This document shows positions 20,065-29,077 of a stretch of 44,698 nt of DNA, piece after piece. A program made the translations under genes and the position numbers. The notes beneath the pieces are model-generated. The model saw only the letters and a program-made list of their open reading frames with translations. It was not told where the DNA came from and ran no database searches. Source of the DNA: Flavobacteriaceae bacterium (GTDB lineage Bacteria > Bacteroidota > Bacteroidia > Flavobacteriales > Flavobacteriaceae); contig JALRKI010000072.1 of the NCBI GenBank assembly GCA_023254815.1, positions 1-44,698 of the forward strand. Reading direction: 5' to 3'. Within the stretch, counting starts at the first letter, position 1. Every line of letters begins with the position of its first letter.

Positions 20065-21174
20065 TTATGAAGATTTGAAGCTTTGCCACTTTTCCATGAC
20101 AAATTTCTCAAACTTTTCTTTGAAGATATTGGTGCCAAACTTAAGGGCGTGTTCACGGATTTTTATTGGACTGAAGGCCTCTTTTTCAAATTGCTCAAGG
20201 GCTCGTAACAGAGCCCCTGAGGACTGCTCTTCAAAAAATAATCCTGAAATTTTTTCTTTTACAGTTTCCAGCAGGCCTCCCTTGGCAAATGCAATAACGG
20301 GGACTCCACATGACATGGCCTCCACAGGAACGATGCCAAAATCTTCTTCGGCGGCATAGACAAACGCCTTGGCGTGTTGCATCAATTCTCTTAAACGCAA
20401 AGAATCGACAAAACCAGTAAATTGAATATTTTGAGCGGCCAATTTTTTTAGTTTTTTTTCTTCAGGACCATTTCCAGCAATGACCAGATTGAGGTCAGGT
20501 CTCTTGTTAAATGCTTCAATAATAACAGTCATCTTTTTATAGGAAACCATTCTAGAGGCAGTAAAAAAATACTCTCCCCAAAAAGGACTCAATTTGTAGA
20601 AATCTGTCTCCACAGGAGGGTAGATGACCTCCGCCGTGCGCTTGTAAATTCTCTCAATACGCTGAGCAACATTGTTAGAATTAGCCACAAAATGAGTTAC
20701 CCCGGCAGTAGTCCTCTGATCCCATTTCCTAAGTTTCTGAAGCACAAAATTGACATAAGCTCTTTTTATACTCCCCTGTTTATAGTCTTGAATGTATTGA
20801 TCGTATAAATCATAGGCATATCGCATTGGTGAATGGCAATAGCAGATGTGCATTTGATTGCTGTTGACCTTTACTCCTTTGGCAACAGCTGCTGAAGAAC
20901 TCACAATAATGTCGTATTCCGACAAGTCAAATCGCTCGATAGCATGGGGGAATAGCTGTAAAAACTTTCTGTGATTTTGGCGAGCCGATGGGAAGCATTG
21001 AATAAAGCTCGTAGCCACTTTTTTCCCTTTCAAAATGTCATTTCGATCCTTTTCTGACAAAAAATCTATTAGGGCATAGTGAGAGATATTAGGCCATATT
21101 TCGTCAATAGCACGAACGACTTTTTCTGCCCCGCCATTGACGTAATACCAATCATGAACCATGGCCATTTTCAT
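20065..21174 (-). CDS. GT4-family glycosyltransferase
   Basis: N-terminal MKMAMVHDWYYVNGGAEKV and an EX7E motif, EDFGIVPVEAMSCGVPVIA. The first codon in the track is TTG (21177); I use the ATG at 21174. Confidence 0.8.
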   Translation of the reverse strand: MKMAMVHDWYYVNGGAEKVVRAIDEIWPNISHYALIDFLSEKDRNDILKGKKVATSFIQCFPSARQNHRKFLQLFPHAIERFDLSEYDIIVSSSAAVAKGVKVNSNQMHICYCHSPMRYAYDLYDQYIQDYKQGSIKRAYVNFVLQKLRKWDQRTTAGVTHFVANSNNVAQRIERIYKRTAEVIYPPVETDFYKLSPFWGEYFFTASRMVSYKKMTVIIEAFNKRPDLNLVIAGNGPEEKKLKKLAAQNIQFTGFVDSLRLRELMQHAKAFVYAAEEDFGIVPVEAMSCGVPVIAFAKGGLLETVKEKISGLFFEEQSSGALLRALEQFEKEAFSPIKIREHALKFGTNIFKEKFEKFVMEKWQSFKSS

Positions 21175-21179
21175 CAAAC

Positions 21180-22253
21180 CTACAATTTTTGAATTGTTTC
21201 AATCACTTCTTGAAGTTTCTTGGCTGACTTTTTCCAAGTGAAATTTTGAAGTATCTCGACAATCCGCTCCTTTCTTGAACCATTTTGATCTATTACTGCC
21301 AAAGACAAGCTGTCGGCAATAGCGCCAGTGTCATGAGGGTTTGCAAAAAAAACAGCGCCCTCGAATATTTCTTTGTGCACTTCAATATCTGAGCAAACCG
21401 TTGGGGTATTGTGGGACAATGCTTCGAGTATAGGTAGTCCAAAACCTTCGTAAAGCGATAAATTCAAAAAAACTGATGCAGAGGAATATAGCTGGTGCAA
21501 TTCTTGATCGCTAACTCTTCCCAGAGAAACGATTCCAGAGCTTAACTTTAGCGCCCTTTGTCTCTCAAACACGCGATCCTTATCGCCTACTAAAATAAGT
21601 TTGTAGGCCTCTTGATTCCTTTGATTGAACTTGTTGAAGGCCAAAATCATAATATCGAGATTCTTTCTCAGGCTTGAAGACGCCACCGACAAAATAAAAG
21701 GTTGCTCGGTTGAAGGCCTTGGGGATTTTGCAAACATTTTTTCCGCTCCATTCGGAATGATTTCGATTTGCGATTCGCTCAGAGATGGATAGTGGTGCCG
21801 CAGTCTATCTTTTGAAAAATTGCTGACAGTAAGCACTTTCTTTGCGGACCTAACGAGTATTGGCATCAGAGATCGATAAACCGTTCTGAATTTCCAGTTG
21901 AAATTTCCAGGCATATCTACATAGGCCAAATCATGTATGGTAATAATCTTATTTGAATAACAAACTGGTGCCATGTTACATAAATTCAAAAGCAGCGGTC
22001 TTTGCTGTCCTCTCAGAAATAAAGGCAGCTCGATTTGTTCCCAAAAATATCCCGAAAAACGGCCTATCGAAACGACCTCCAATTCTCTGCCGATGTCACG
22101 ATGCAGGATGCCATTTGGGGCTACAAAGACGATCCTGGAACCGTATAGCGCTTTAAGCTCCTTTGATATTTCAATTGCAAATCTCTGCACTCCTGTCAGG
22201 CGTTGCATCAAAAACCTTGCATTGATATATATTTTATCGTTTTGTATAAACAT
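21180..22253 (-). CDS. GT4-family glycosyltransferase (mannosyltransferase-like)
   Basis: YEGFGLPILEALSHNTPTVCS motif. The start is ambiguous: ATG at 22253 (MFIQNDKIYINARFL) or ATG at 22289. Both overlap the upstream gene. Confidence 0.75.
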   Translation of the reverse strand: MFIQNDKIYINARFLMQRLTGVQRFAIEISKELKALYGSRIVFVAPNGILHRDIGRELEVVSIGRFSGYFWEQIELPLFLRGQQRPLLLNLCNMAPVCYSNKIITIHDLAYVDMPGNFNWKFRTVYRSLMPILVRSAKKVLTVSNFSKDRLRHHYPSLSESQIEIIPNGAEKMFAKSPRPSTEQPFILSVASSSLRKNLDIMILAFNKFNQRNQEAYKLILVGDKDRVFERQRALKLSSGIVSLGRVSDQELHQLYSSASVFLNLSLYEGFGLPILEALSHNTPTVCSDIEVHKEIFEGAVFFANPHDTGAIADSLSLAVIDQNGSRKERIVEILQNFTWKKSAKKLQEVIETIQKL

Positions 22254-23514
22254 AAATGGCCATAAAAGTCGCGAAAAAATGAATGCCATCTGAGCGCACC
22301 AAAAGATTCTCTGTTAGCATGAATGAAATCGCTATCAATAGCACGGCAAATCCATCATTTATCTTGCGTTTTATCATCAAACGGCCCAATGCCAGCAATT
22401 GCACTACAAACAGAATAAACCCAAAAATGCCAGCAGATGCCCAATAATGTAAGTATTGATTGTGCGTGTTGTATTGATCCCAAGTGAAAACTGGAGCGTC
22501 ATAATTATTCTTATAACACAAGTCCAAGTTTGACTGTATGTCTCCAACTCCCGTTCCAAGCCATGGATTCTTCTCAATAGTTTCTAGAGCACAATGCCAA
22601 GTCGCCATCCGAACATTAGAGGAATTAAAATGTGCAATATGGTCTGAAGCTATGCTAGGATTGAACCCTTCTGCAATCTCTTTGAATCGAGGGTGATTAG
22701 ACATGACCCAAAGTCCGAAAATAAGAATTCCACTAGCGATTAGCTTCCAACGTCTCTGGCCAATTTGATTAAACATGGTTATAAATAGAGCCAAAACTAT
22801 TCCAATCTGTCCCATTCTAGAACCTATAAAGTAAACCCAGCAAAAAGCTAGGATTATCAACGCCAGATGGTGCCATTTCTTTGAAAGCCATAATCTGGAT
22901 TCCAAGGCCAAAAAATAAACCGATGTCACAAGCCAAACGGCCTGATAAGTAGGGTGAGATCCGGTTACTTCTATAGTAAATTCTCTAAGTCTGTGTCCCA
23001 AAACTCTGTCAACAAGAAAGTCAGGGACAGAAGGCAATAAGTCCAAGTTGAATGCAACAATTTCGGCCTCAGTAATTGGGCCGAACAATTGATTCCAATT
23101 TAGCCCGATTTGCACAAGTTGATAGAGCACTAACAAAAAGGTAGAAGCGATAAACACAACGACAAAGCGCTTTAACAAATCACCAGTAAGTTGACTCCTG
23201 GCCAACAGAAACCCAAGTGGTATTAGTATTGTGGGCGCCAACTGACCGAGTTCATTGAAGCCGGTGTCCAAATTCTCTGTTACTATCAAAGAAAACGCCA
23301 AGCCTAAATAAGGCATACAGAACAGGACAATAAACCGACTCCACTCTACTTTGGTAATAGTATTAAGTTGAAATATGACGACAAGCAACAACAAAACTAC
23401 GCCAGCACTTCTGGCAAAAAAAGGCATGATTGGGAAGGCCCCTGTCAACAATATTGCAGATTGTTGTAGTCGACTTGTTGTCCAAAACTCACTTTGCCAT
23501 ATTCTTTCAGTCAT
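22234..23514 (-). CDS. O-antigen ligase/polymerase family membrane protein (Wzy_C-type)
   Basis: 426 aa with about 10 or more TM helices and a periplasmic-loop motif HNQYLHYWASAGIFGF. Confidence 0.7.
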   Translation of the reverse strand: MTERIWQSEFWTTSRLQQSAILLTGAFPIMPFFARSAGVVLLLLVVIFQLNTITKVEWSRFIVLFCMPYLGLAFSLIVTENLDTGFNELGQLAPTILIPLGFLLARSQLTGDLLKRFVVVFIASTFLLVLYQLVQIGLNWNQLFGPITEAEIVAFNLDLLPSVPDFLVDRVLGHRLREFTIEVTGSHPTYQAVWLVTSVYFLALESRLWLSKKWHHLALIILAFCWVYFIGSRMGQIGIVLALFITMFNQIGQRRWKLIASGILIFGLWVMSNHPRFKEIAEGFNPSIASDHIAHFNSSNVRMATWHCALETIEKNPWLGTGVGDIQSNLDLCYKNNYDAPVFTWDQYNTHNQYLHYWASAGIFGFILFVVQLLALGRLMIKRKINDGFAVLLIAISFMLTENLLVRSDGIHFFATFMAIYVYTKR

Positions 23515-24664
23515 CAGTGTCTGGCTTTAATTTTAAAAATAAAAACGGAAACAATAACAGAAAGCTATAGCTCTGGGTAAGGGTTGTGAACAAACCCGAA
23601 ATAAAAAAACCAACCGCAACTACTGACAACAAACGATAGGCCATGACTCTTTCAAAAAAGAAATTGAAGGTCAAGATGACGCCTATCAACCCGCTACTCA
23701 GAAACACATAAATCCAATAACTGTCTAGGACCTGGGAGAACCAACCCAATTCTGACGCTTGTCCAATAGTTCCTATTCGGCCGCCAAAAAGCCAGCTGAA
23801 ATCGGATTGATGAATGATGTCGTACCAAAACTCGAATCGCATCAAAAGTGATTCTGGCGAAAAGACCTTTTTTTGAAAGAGAATCCAAACGGCTGGAATC
23901 AGGAGCAGGAACAAGACGTAATAATATTTTATCAAAAATTTCAATACTTTTTGTCCTGTCAAAATGTAATACAGTCCGTAAATAACCAGTGGTACATAGG
24001 CGGTTCTTGATAACGCTGCTAGGGTCAAAAGAAAAGCAGCTCCTATAAACAACTTAGAGGCTTGATGCCTGATAAAAATAAAAAAAGTAAGCACGGCAAA
24101 AAGTCCAAGATCTGCGAATTGACCAACCAATCCCGGAGACCTCCAGAAATCATAAAAAGTAGAAATGGTAAAAAAATATTTCGGATCCTTTGGCCAAAAA
24201 TAACGACCGGTTAAAGTCTTCATATAAACCTCCGGCCCGACCATGTAGGTATAAAAAACTGCGGCCAAATTCAGCATCACTAAGACAAACAAAACTCGGT
24301 TTATTGCATTGATTTCAGATTTAGAAATGTGCGTGTTTTCGGCTAAAAGAATCAGCACAAAAAGCAACGCCAGCTCCCTAAAAGCATAAAATATAGATGA
24401 CGCCTCAATGCCTGCAATAGCTGCCATTACAAGGAGCGCCAACAGGTATGCAATCAATAGAACATCAAAGCCTTTTAAAATAAAATTTTTGTTTTTGTAA
24501 AGCAGGACGAAAGTGAACAACATAAAAATAGAGAAAGGAGGAACTGCTGATTTTAAACCACCATCTCCAAGCCAATTGAATACATAAAAATTCAACATGC
24601 CCTGTGTGCTTAAGATGCACAGCATCAAGCTCAATATCACCACTTTTTGCATGCTAATGTTCAT
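23507..24664 (-). CDS. Second polytopic membrane protein, Wzy/EpsG-like polymerase candidate
   Basis: 385 aa and highly hydrophobic, with a loop WRSPGLVGQFADLGLF reminiscent of Wzy_C. 8-nt overlap with the next gene. Confidence 0.5.
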   Translation of the reverse strand: MNISMQKVVILSLMLCILSTQGMLNFYVFNWLGDGGLKSAVPPFSIFMLFTFVLLYKNKNFILKGFDVLLIAYLLALLVMAAIAGIEASSIFYAFRELALLFVLILLAENTHISKSEINAINRVLFVLVMLNLAAVFYTYMVGPEVYMKTLTGRYFWPKDPKYFFTISTFYDFWRSPGLVGQFADLGLFAVLTFFIFIRHQASKLFIGAAFLLTLAALSRTAYVPLVIYGLYYILTGQKVLKFLIKYYYVLFLLLIPAVWILFQKKVFSPESLLMRFEFWYDIIHQSDFSWLFGGRIGTIGQASELGWFSQVLDSYWIYVFLSSGLIGVILTFNFFFERVMAYRLLSVVAVGFFISGLFTTLTQSYSFLLLFPFLFLKLKPDTDD

Positions 24665-24691
24665 TCCAGATTCTTCCTTGTTTGATTGTTG

Positions 24692-25456
24692 TTACCTTGC
24701 CAAGGCACTATTTTTTGGTCGGTTAACCAACAGCGGAGGCGTTTCTTTTGGAGCCACTCGAATATCAGCCCCGGGGAGTAGTTTTCTTGCCAAATCAAAC
24801 CATGTCATCACATCCTTTCCGGCAAAATGTGAAATCCCTAGAGGTAAGTTATCCTTGGAAATCCCTGAAAGAATGTGCTCGGCTAAGTCAGGAGAGTAAG
24901 TTGGGGTTCCTATGTATTCGTCAGTGATCCATAAAGTTTGACCCTGATCAGCTCTAGACTTAATTTTGGTGTAAAAATTTGATCCATATTCTGAATACAC
25001 CCAAGATGTCCGGATGACAGAAAAGCGGTCACAATATTGAGCGACCAACTGTTCTCCGAGGAGTTTGGATTGACCATACACATTCAAAGGATTTGTCAAA
25101 TCAGTAGGGCGATACGGCTCTAATTTATTGCCATCGAATACATAATCCGTTGAAATTTGAACGAGATGGGTTTTATTCTTTTGAGCAGCCTGAGCCAGAT
25201 AACCAACTGCAACGCCATTGAGGAGATTTGCGGCTTCAATATTGCTTTCTGCACCAACCACATTGGTGTATGCCGCACAATTTATCAAATAATCAAAGCG
25301 GTAAAAATCCATGGCTTCTTGAACCACTGTCTGATTGGTTACATCGAATTCAGTTCGGTTAAAGTACTTTAATTCCAAACCAGGGAAAAGAGGTGCTGTG
25401 GCGCGAAAGGATTGTCCAAGTTGGCCATTAGCGCCGGTGATAGCAATTGAAAGCAT
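24692..25456 (-). CDS. RmlD-type sugar-nucleotide 4-reductase (dTDP-4-dehydrorhamnose reductase-like), short at the C-terminus
   Basis: ITGANGQLG motif, STDYVFDG, and YGQSK (YxxxK). Ends at ...RPKNSALAR, about 25 residues earlier than the RmlD proteins I remember. Confidence 0.7.
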   Translation of the reverse strand: MLSIAITGANGQLGQSFRATAPLFPGLELKYFNRTEFDVTNQTVVQEAMDFYRFDYLINCAAYTNVVGAESNIEAANLLNGVAVGYLAQAAQKNKTHLVQISTDYVFDGNKLEPYRPTDLTNPLNVYGQSKLLGEQLVAQYCDRFSVIRTSWVYSEYGSNFYTKIKSRADQGQTLWITDEYIGTPTYSPDLAEHILSGISKDNLPLGISHFAGKDVMTWFDLARKLLPGADIRVAPKETPPLLVNRPKNSALAR

Positions 25457-25468
25457 TAGTGTTATTGT

Positions 25469-26530
25469 TTATCCCCTATTGGCTTTTTGGTCAATTTTTT
25501 CCTTCAAAAATTTATCAAAATGCAAGGTTGCATAAAAGATGCTGATGATAAAAAAGGCTAAAGCGCCATATTTTACCGATCCCTTTTTTGTGAAGGAGGT
25601 CTCTTTATAAACCTTTTCATCAAAGGAGGTAATGATGTTGGCAATGTTATTGGTTATCAGAATTTTTTCGTTGTTTAGCTGCAACTCGTCTATCAACTGA
25701 ATTTTCAATTCTACCAACTGCACTTCCTTAGAGTTGCGGGTATTTTCGGTCAAATTGATAGAAGTACCCGACATGGCGTCCGTCAAGGTGTTTTGCTCGA
25801 GGGCTTTCTGTTCGGCTAACAACAAAGAGTCAATCCTCAACATCGATGATTTTATTCCTGCATCAACAACAGATAAATTCTCAGCTCCAATTTGACTCTC
25901 CAACTGAAGCATTTTATTTGAATTGAGAGCGTTCAATAAACCTCTCTCAATTTTACTCAACAAATTTTTGTCGTAAACTATTGCTTCGACGGTGTGTTTT
26001 CTGTATTGATAGTCCTCAAAATCGTTTTTGAAATCCGAAAACGTTATTGCTTTTGTCACCATGGTAGTGTCCATTTTAAGTCGATAGGCGTCAAATGCCA
26101 ACAACTCTTCTTTAGGATCAACAATAGGCTCAATTTCAATCTTAGATATCAATTCGACCTCGCTAGGTTTAATGTTATATTTCGCGAAAAGTTGAGATGT
26201 GTCGTTTTGTTTCAACAAAGCGTCTAAATACTCTACCTCGTTATAAAGTAATTTTCCGCTGCCATAATTCGTGGCCAAGATCATTTTGGCGGCATATCTA
26301 GGCCCATCGACATAATCCATATAAGCTCCGAACGATGCCCCCAGAAGAGAAGCTATCCCAAATACTAAAAAGCGTTTTCTGACAAATATGATGCCTTCCA
26401 GAGCCCAATTGGCCAATCCTAAAAAACAATTTGTGAAGAATCTAAATACGCTTTTAATCCCAGCTCCTATAGCATTAAACAATTGGCCCAAGTCGACCTC
26501 ATCGTTGTGTTTATTTTTTGCATTATCCAT
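25469..26530 (-). CDS. Wzz-like polysaccharide co-polymerase / chain-length determinant candidate
   Basis: The call rests on topology only: an N-terminal TM helix, a ~250-aa soluble part with a coiled-coil stretch, and a C-terminal TM helix (ALAFFIISIFYATL). No motif recognised. Confidence 0.4.
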   Translation of the reverse strand: MDNAKNKHNDEVDLGQLFNAIGAGIKSVFRFFTNCFLGLANWALEGIIFVRKRFLVFGIASLLGASFGAYMDYVDGPRYAAKMILATNYGSGKLLYNEVEYLDALLKQNDTSQLFAKYNIKPSEVELISKIEIEPIVDPKEELLAFDAYRLKMDTTMVTKAITFSDFKNDFEDYQYRKHTVEAIVYDKNLLSKIERGLLNALNSNKMLQLESQIGAENLSVVDAGIKSSMLRIDSLLLAEQKALEQNTLTDAMSGTSINLTENTRNSKEVQLVELKIQLIDELQLNNEKILITNNIANIITSFDEKVYKETSFTKKGSVKYGALAFFIISIFYATLHFDKFLKEKIDQKANRG

Positions 26531-26539
26531 TCTTAAAAT

Positions 26540-26561
26540 GCTTAAAGGGGGTCATACCCCC
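26540..26561 (-). terminator. GC hairpin after the GH3 gene (weak intrinsic terminator or leader structure of the polysaccharide operon)
   Basis: GGGGGT-cat-ACCCCC (26547-26561). The minus strand continues TTTAAGCATTTT. Lies between the GH3 stop (26600) and the Wzz-like start (26530). Confidence 0.4.
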
Positions 26562-26575
26562 GGTTGTTAGTTGTC

Positions 26576-26583
26576 CAAAAATA
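26576..26583 (-). promoter_or_regulatory. -7 box TATTTTTG upstream of the polysaccharide operon
   Basis: The plus strand reads CAAAAATA, 45 nt from the ATG at 26530. The GC hairpin sits between the box and the start codon. No well-spaced -33 TTG. Confidence 0.3.
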
Positions 26584-26599
26584 GGTGAATTCAAAGAGT

Positions 26600-28105
26600 T
26601 CACCGCCGCAAGACAAAGTCTTGCGTTTCTAAAAACGTCGCAATGTCTCGATTATTGGCAAGTCTTGGTAATTTATTTTGTCCTCCCATCTTGCCAATCG
26701 AAGCCATATAATCGTCAAATGATCCTTTTTTTAAAGTAGAAATCTTTAATGGTTGGAGCACTTTTCCCGTAATCAAATCTTTGTAATAACTGTTGAGGTT
26801 TTGTAATTCAGAGTCAATCAGGGATCTAAATTGATTCATGTCAGAGGGTTCTGTGTCAAAATCTATGAACCACTCGTGAAAGGGTAGGCCTTCCTGGGGG
26901 GTAACTTGAGGAGCGACAGAGAATTCGTTGACCACGGCGTTGGTGCCTTCAATAGCGACCTGCATCGCACGCTCAACTTCTTGACCAATCACATGCTCGC
27001 CAAAGGCTGAAATAAAATGCTTAATGCGGCCCGTTACTCTAATCCTGAACGGCAACAAAGAGGTAAAGCAAATGGTGTCGCCCAGATTGTAAGCCCAAAG
27101 ACCTGCCGTAGTAGAAATGATCATGACGTAATTTACGTTCATTTTGACCTCTTCGAGAGTAAGTCGTGTGTAATTGTCGTTAAAAAAAGTAGACGCTTCG
27201 ATAAATTCATAAAAAATACCCGAATCTAAAAGCAACAACAAATCCTGCCTATCTTGACGATCCTGAAATGCAAAAAAGCCTTCACTGGCAGGAAACAATT
27301 CCACGCTGGGTATTTTTCTTCCAATCATTTGATCAAACTTGGTTCGATAGGGCCCAAAATTCACTCCACCAAAAACAAAGAGATTAAAGTTGGGGAAAAG
27401 TTCGCCGATAGGCTTACCGCTTTGAGCAACAAGTTTTTCAAAATACATTTGCACCCAAGAAGGAATGCCGCTGATAACCCTCATGTCTTGGTCAATTGTT
27501 TCCTGAACAATGGTGTCTACTTTGGTTTCCCAATCGTCAATACAATTGGTTTTCCAGCTTGGAAGCCTGTTTTTTTGAAGATAATTGGGAACATAGTGAG
27601 CAACAATCCCTGACAATCGTCCCTGCTTTATTCCATTACTCTCTTTCAGTACTGGACTGCCTTGTAAAAAAATCAACTTTCCGTCCACAAAACTACTTTG
27701 TCCAGTGTCCGCAATGAACATCAATAAGGCGCTTTTTGCCGCATTGATATGTTCGGGCATACTTTCTTTGGTTATTGGAATAAATTTAGACCCCGAAGTA
27801 GTGCCGGAAGTTTTGGCAAAATACAATGGCTTTCCAGGCCAGAGAACATCATGTTCTCCTGCTACAGCTTGCTCAATATAGCTTCTTAAAGATTCATAGT
27901 CTCTAACAGGAACTCTGGCTTGGAAATCTGATATTTTTGAGATTTGTCCAAAACTGTGGTCGATTCCAAATTTGGTCTTTTTGGCCGATTCTATCAGCTT
28001 TTTAAAAACTTTTTGTTGAGTTTCAAATGGATTATTAGACCACGATTCAATGCGCTTTTTAGTGCGATGCGCCATGATTTTGGCGAAATACGATTTGATT
28101 GACAT
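26600..28105 (-). CDS. GH3-family (acyl-acid amido synthetase-like, adenylate-forming) protein
   Basis: 501 aa with a YFAKTSGTTSGSKFIP adenylation motif and an N-terminus typical of bacterial GH3 auxin-responsive-promoter family annotations. Confidence 0.8.
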   Translation of the reverse strand: MSIKSYFAKIMAHRTKKRIESWSNNPFETQQKVFKKLIESAKKTKFGIDHSFGQISKISDFQARVPVRDYESLRSYIEQAVAGEHDVLWPGKPLYFAKTSGTTSGSKFIPITKESMPEHINAAKSALLMFIADTGQSSFVDGKLIFLQGSPVLKESNGIKQGRLSGIVAHYVPNYLQKNRLPSWKTNCIDDWETKVDTIVQETIDQDMRVISGIPSWVQMYFEKLVAQSGKPIGELFPNFNLFVFGGVNFGPYRTKFDQMIGRKIPSVELFPASEGFFAFQDRQDRQDLLLLLDSGIFYEFIEASTFFNDNYTRLTLEEVKMNVNYVMIISTTAGLWAYNLGDTICFTSLLPFRIRVTGRIKHFISAFGEHVIGQEVERAMQVAIEGTNAVVNEFSVAPQVTPQEGLPFHEWFIDFDTEPSDMNQFRSLIDSELQNLNSYYKDLITGKVLQPLKISTLKKGSFDDYMASIGKMGGQNKLPRLANNRDIATFLETQDFVLRR

Positions 28106-28980
28106 CAGCGGCGTTGTTCAAAATCGATGAAGGTTTTAGGATCGACTGGGTAGCCATTGTTCCAAAGTTCAAAATGCAGATGAGGGCCAGTTGTTAGGGT
28201 GCCAGTATTTCCAGAGATGGCTATGACTTCACCCGCTTTCACCAAGTCTCCTTGAGACTTTGTTAATTTAGTGTTGTGCTTGTAAACAGTGAGCAAATTG
28301 TTACTGTGTTCTATCAAAACTACATAGCCTGTTTCAACGGACCACTCAGTCAAAATGACTCGACCATCAGCCGCTGACTTTATTGGCGTGTTAATCGGAA
28401 CATTGATGTCTACGGCGTAATGTTTTTCCTGAACATTGAAATCGGCGCTAATGGGGCCTTGTGCAGGTGGAAATAACACAAAATTTGACCCATTTTTTGC
28501 GGACAAAAATAAATTGTATTTGTCCTCTTTCCTAACAGCCTCTCTGAGCAGGGAATCGGCATGTGAGGGCGCCAAATCTTCTGGCGAAAGATCCGAAAGG
28601 TCGGCGCCTGTGTTGTCAGGATCTGCCAGCTCAAATTTAAGGTCACCAGTAAGCACTTTTTGGATGTTCCTAATATATTCGGTTTGATAGCCCACCAATT
28701 GTTGAAGTGAATCTGTCTTGAAGTAAAGTTCGGAGGCTCTTCGTTCTAGTTCTTGAGAAGAATATCCTGGGATGTATTCCCGAATAGAGGTGAACGCTAT
28801 GAGAATAGTGGTCAAAAAAATCAAAACTATGGCAGAAATAGACACCCAAACAAAAACATTGAGGCGCGTCAGTCGAAGAGAAAACTTCTCCTCAAAAGTG
28901 TCGGCATTAACAAATTGTAAAATATAGTTGTCTAACCATTTTTCGGGTAATCTCCATTTTTTTACTAATTTCTTTACCAT
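28105..28980 (-). CDS. M23-family metallopeptidase with an N-terminal membrane anchor
   Basis: GNTGTLTTGPHLHFELW (HxH) and HYAVDI motifs, plus one TM helix. Its stop overlaps the GH3 start (TGATG). Confidence 0.85.
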   Translation of the reverse strand: MVKKLVKKWRLPEKWLDNYILQFVNADTFEEKFSLRLTRLNVFVWVSISAIVLIFLTTILIAFTSIREYIPGYSSQELERRASELYFKTDSLQQLVGYQTEYIRNIQKVLTGDLKFELADPDNTGADLSDLSPEDLAPSHADSLLREAVRKEDKYNLFLSAKNGSNFVLFPPAQGPISADFNVQEKHYAVDINVPINTPIKSAADGRVILTEWSVETGYVVLIEHSNNLLTVYKHNTKLTKSQGDLVKAGEVIAISGNTGTLTTGPHLHFELWNNGYPVDPKTFIDFEQRR

Positions 28981-28984
28981 GAGA

Positions 28985-28992
28985 CAAAACTA
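28985..28992 (-). promoter_or_regulatory. -7 box TAGTTTTG only 4 nt from the M23 start codon (possible leaderless mRNA)
   Basis: The plus strand reads CAAAACTA; the ATG is at 28980-28978. Confidence 0.3.
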
Positions 28993-29003
28993 GTGAAATT
29001 ACC

Positions 29004-29025
29004 TCTTTCAGTTGTCCCTGAAAGA
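29004..29025. repeat. Inverted repeat TCTTTCAG-N6-CTGAAAGA in the M23/tatA divergent region
   Basis: Perfect 8-bp arms read directly from the sequence. Function unknown; possibly an operator. Confidence 0.3.
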
Positions 29026-29069
29026 AATTAAAGTTATTAGTAGAATTGAATTTGTGACTGCAAAATTGC

Positions 29070-29077
29070 TAACTTTG
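29070..29077 (+). promoter_or_regulatory. -7 box TAACTTTG for tatA
   Basis: Exact TAnnTTTG, 17 nt upstream of the ATG at 29095. A TTG lies 21 nt upstream of the box. Confidence 0.4.

Noticed and set aside
27241-27270. DRQDRQD peptide repeat in the GH3 protein, considered as a slippage-prone tandem repeat.
   Set aside because: The nucleotide units differ (GATCGTCAA versus GATAGGCAG), so it is not a true DNA tandem repeat. It is unlikely to be phase-variable.
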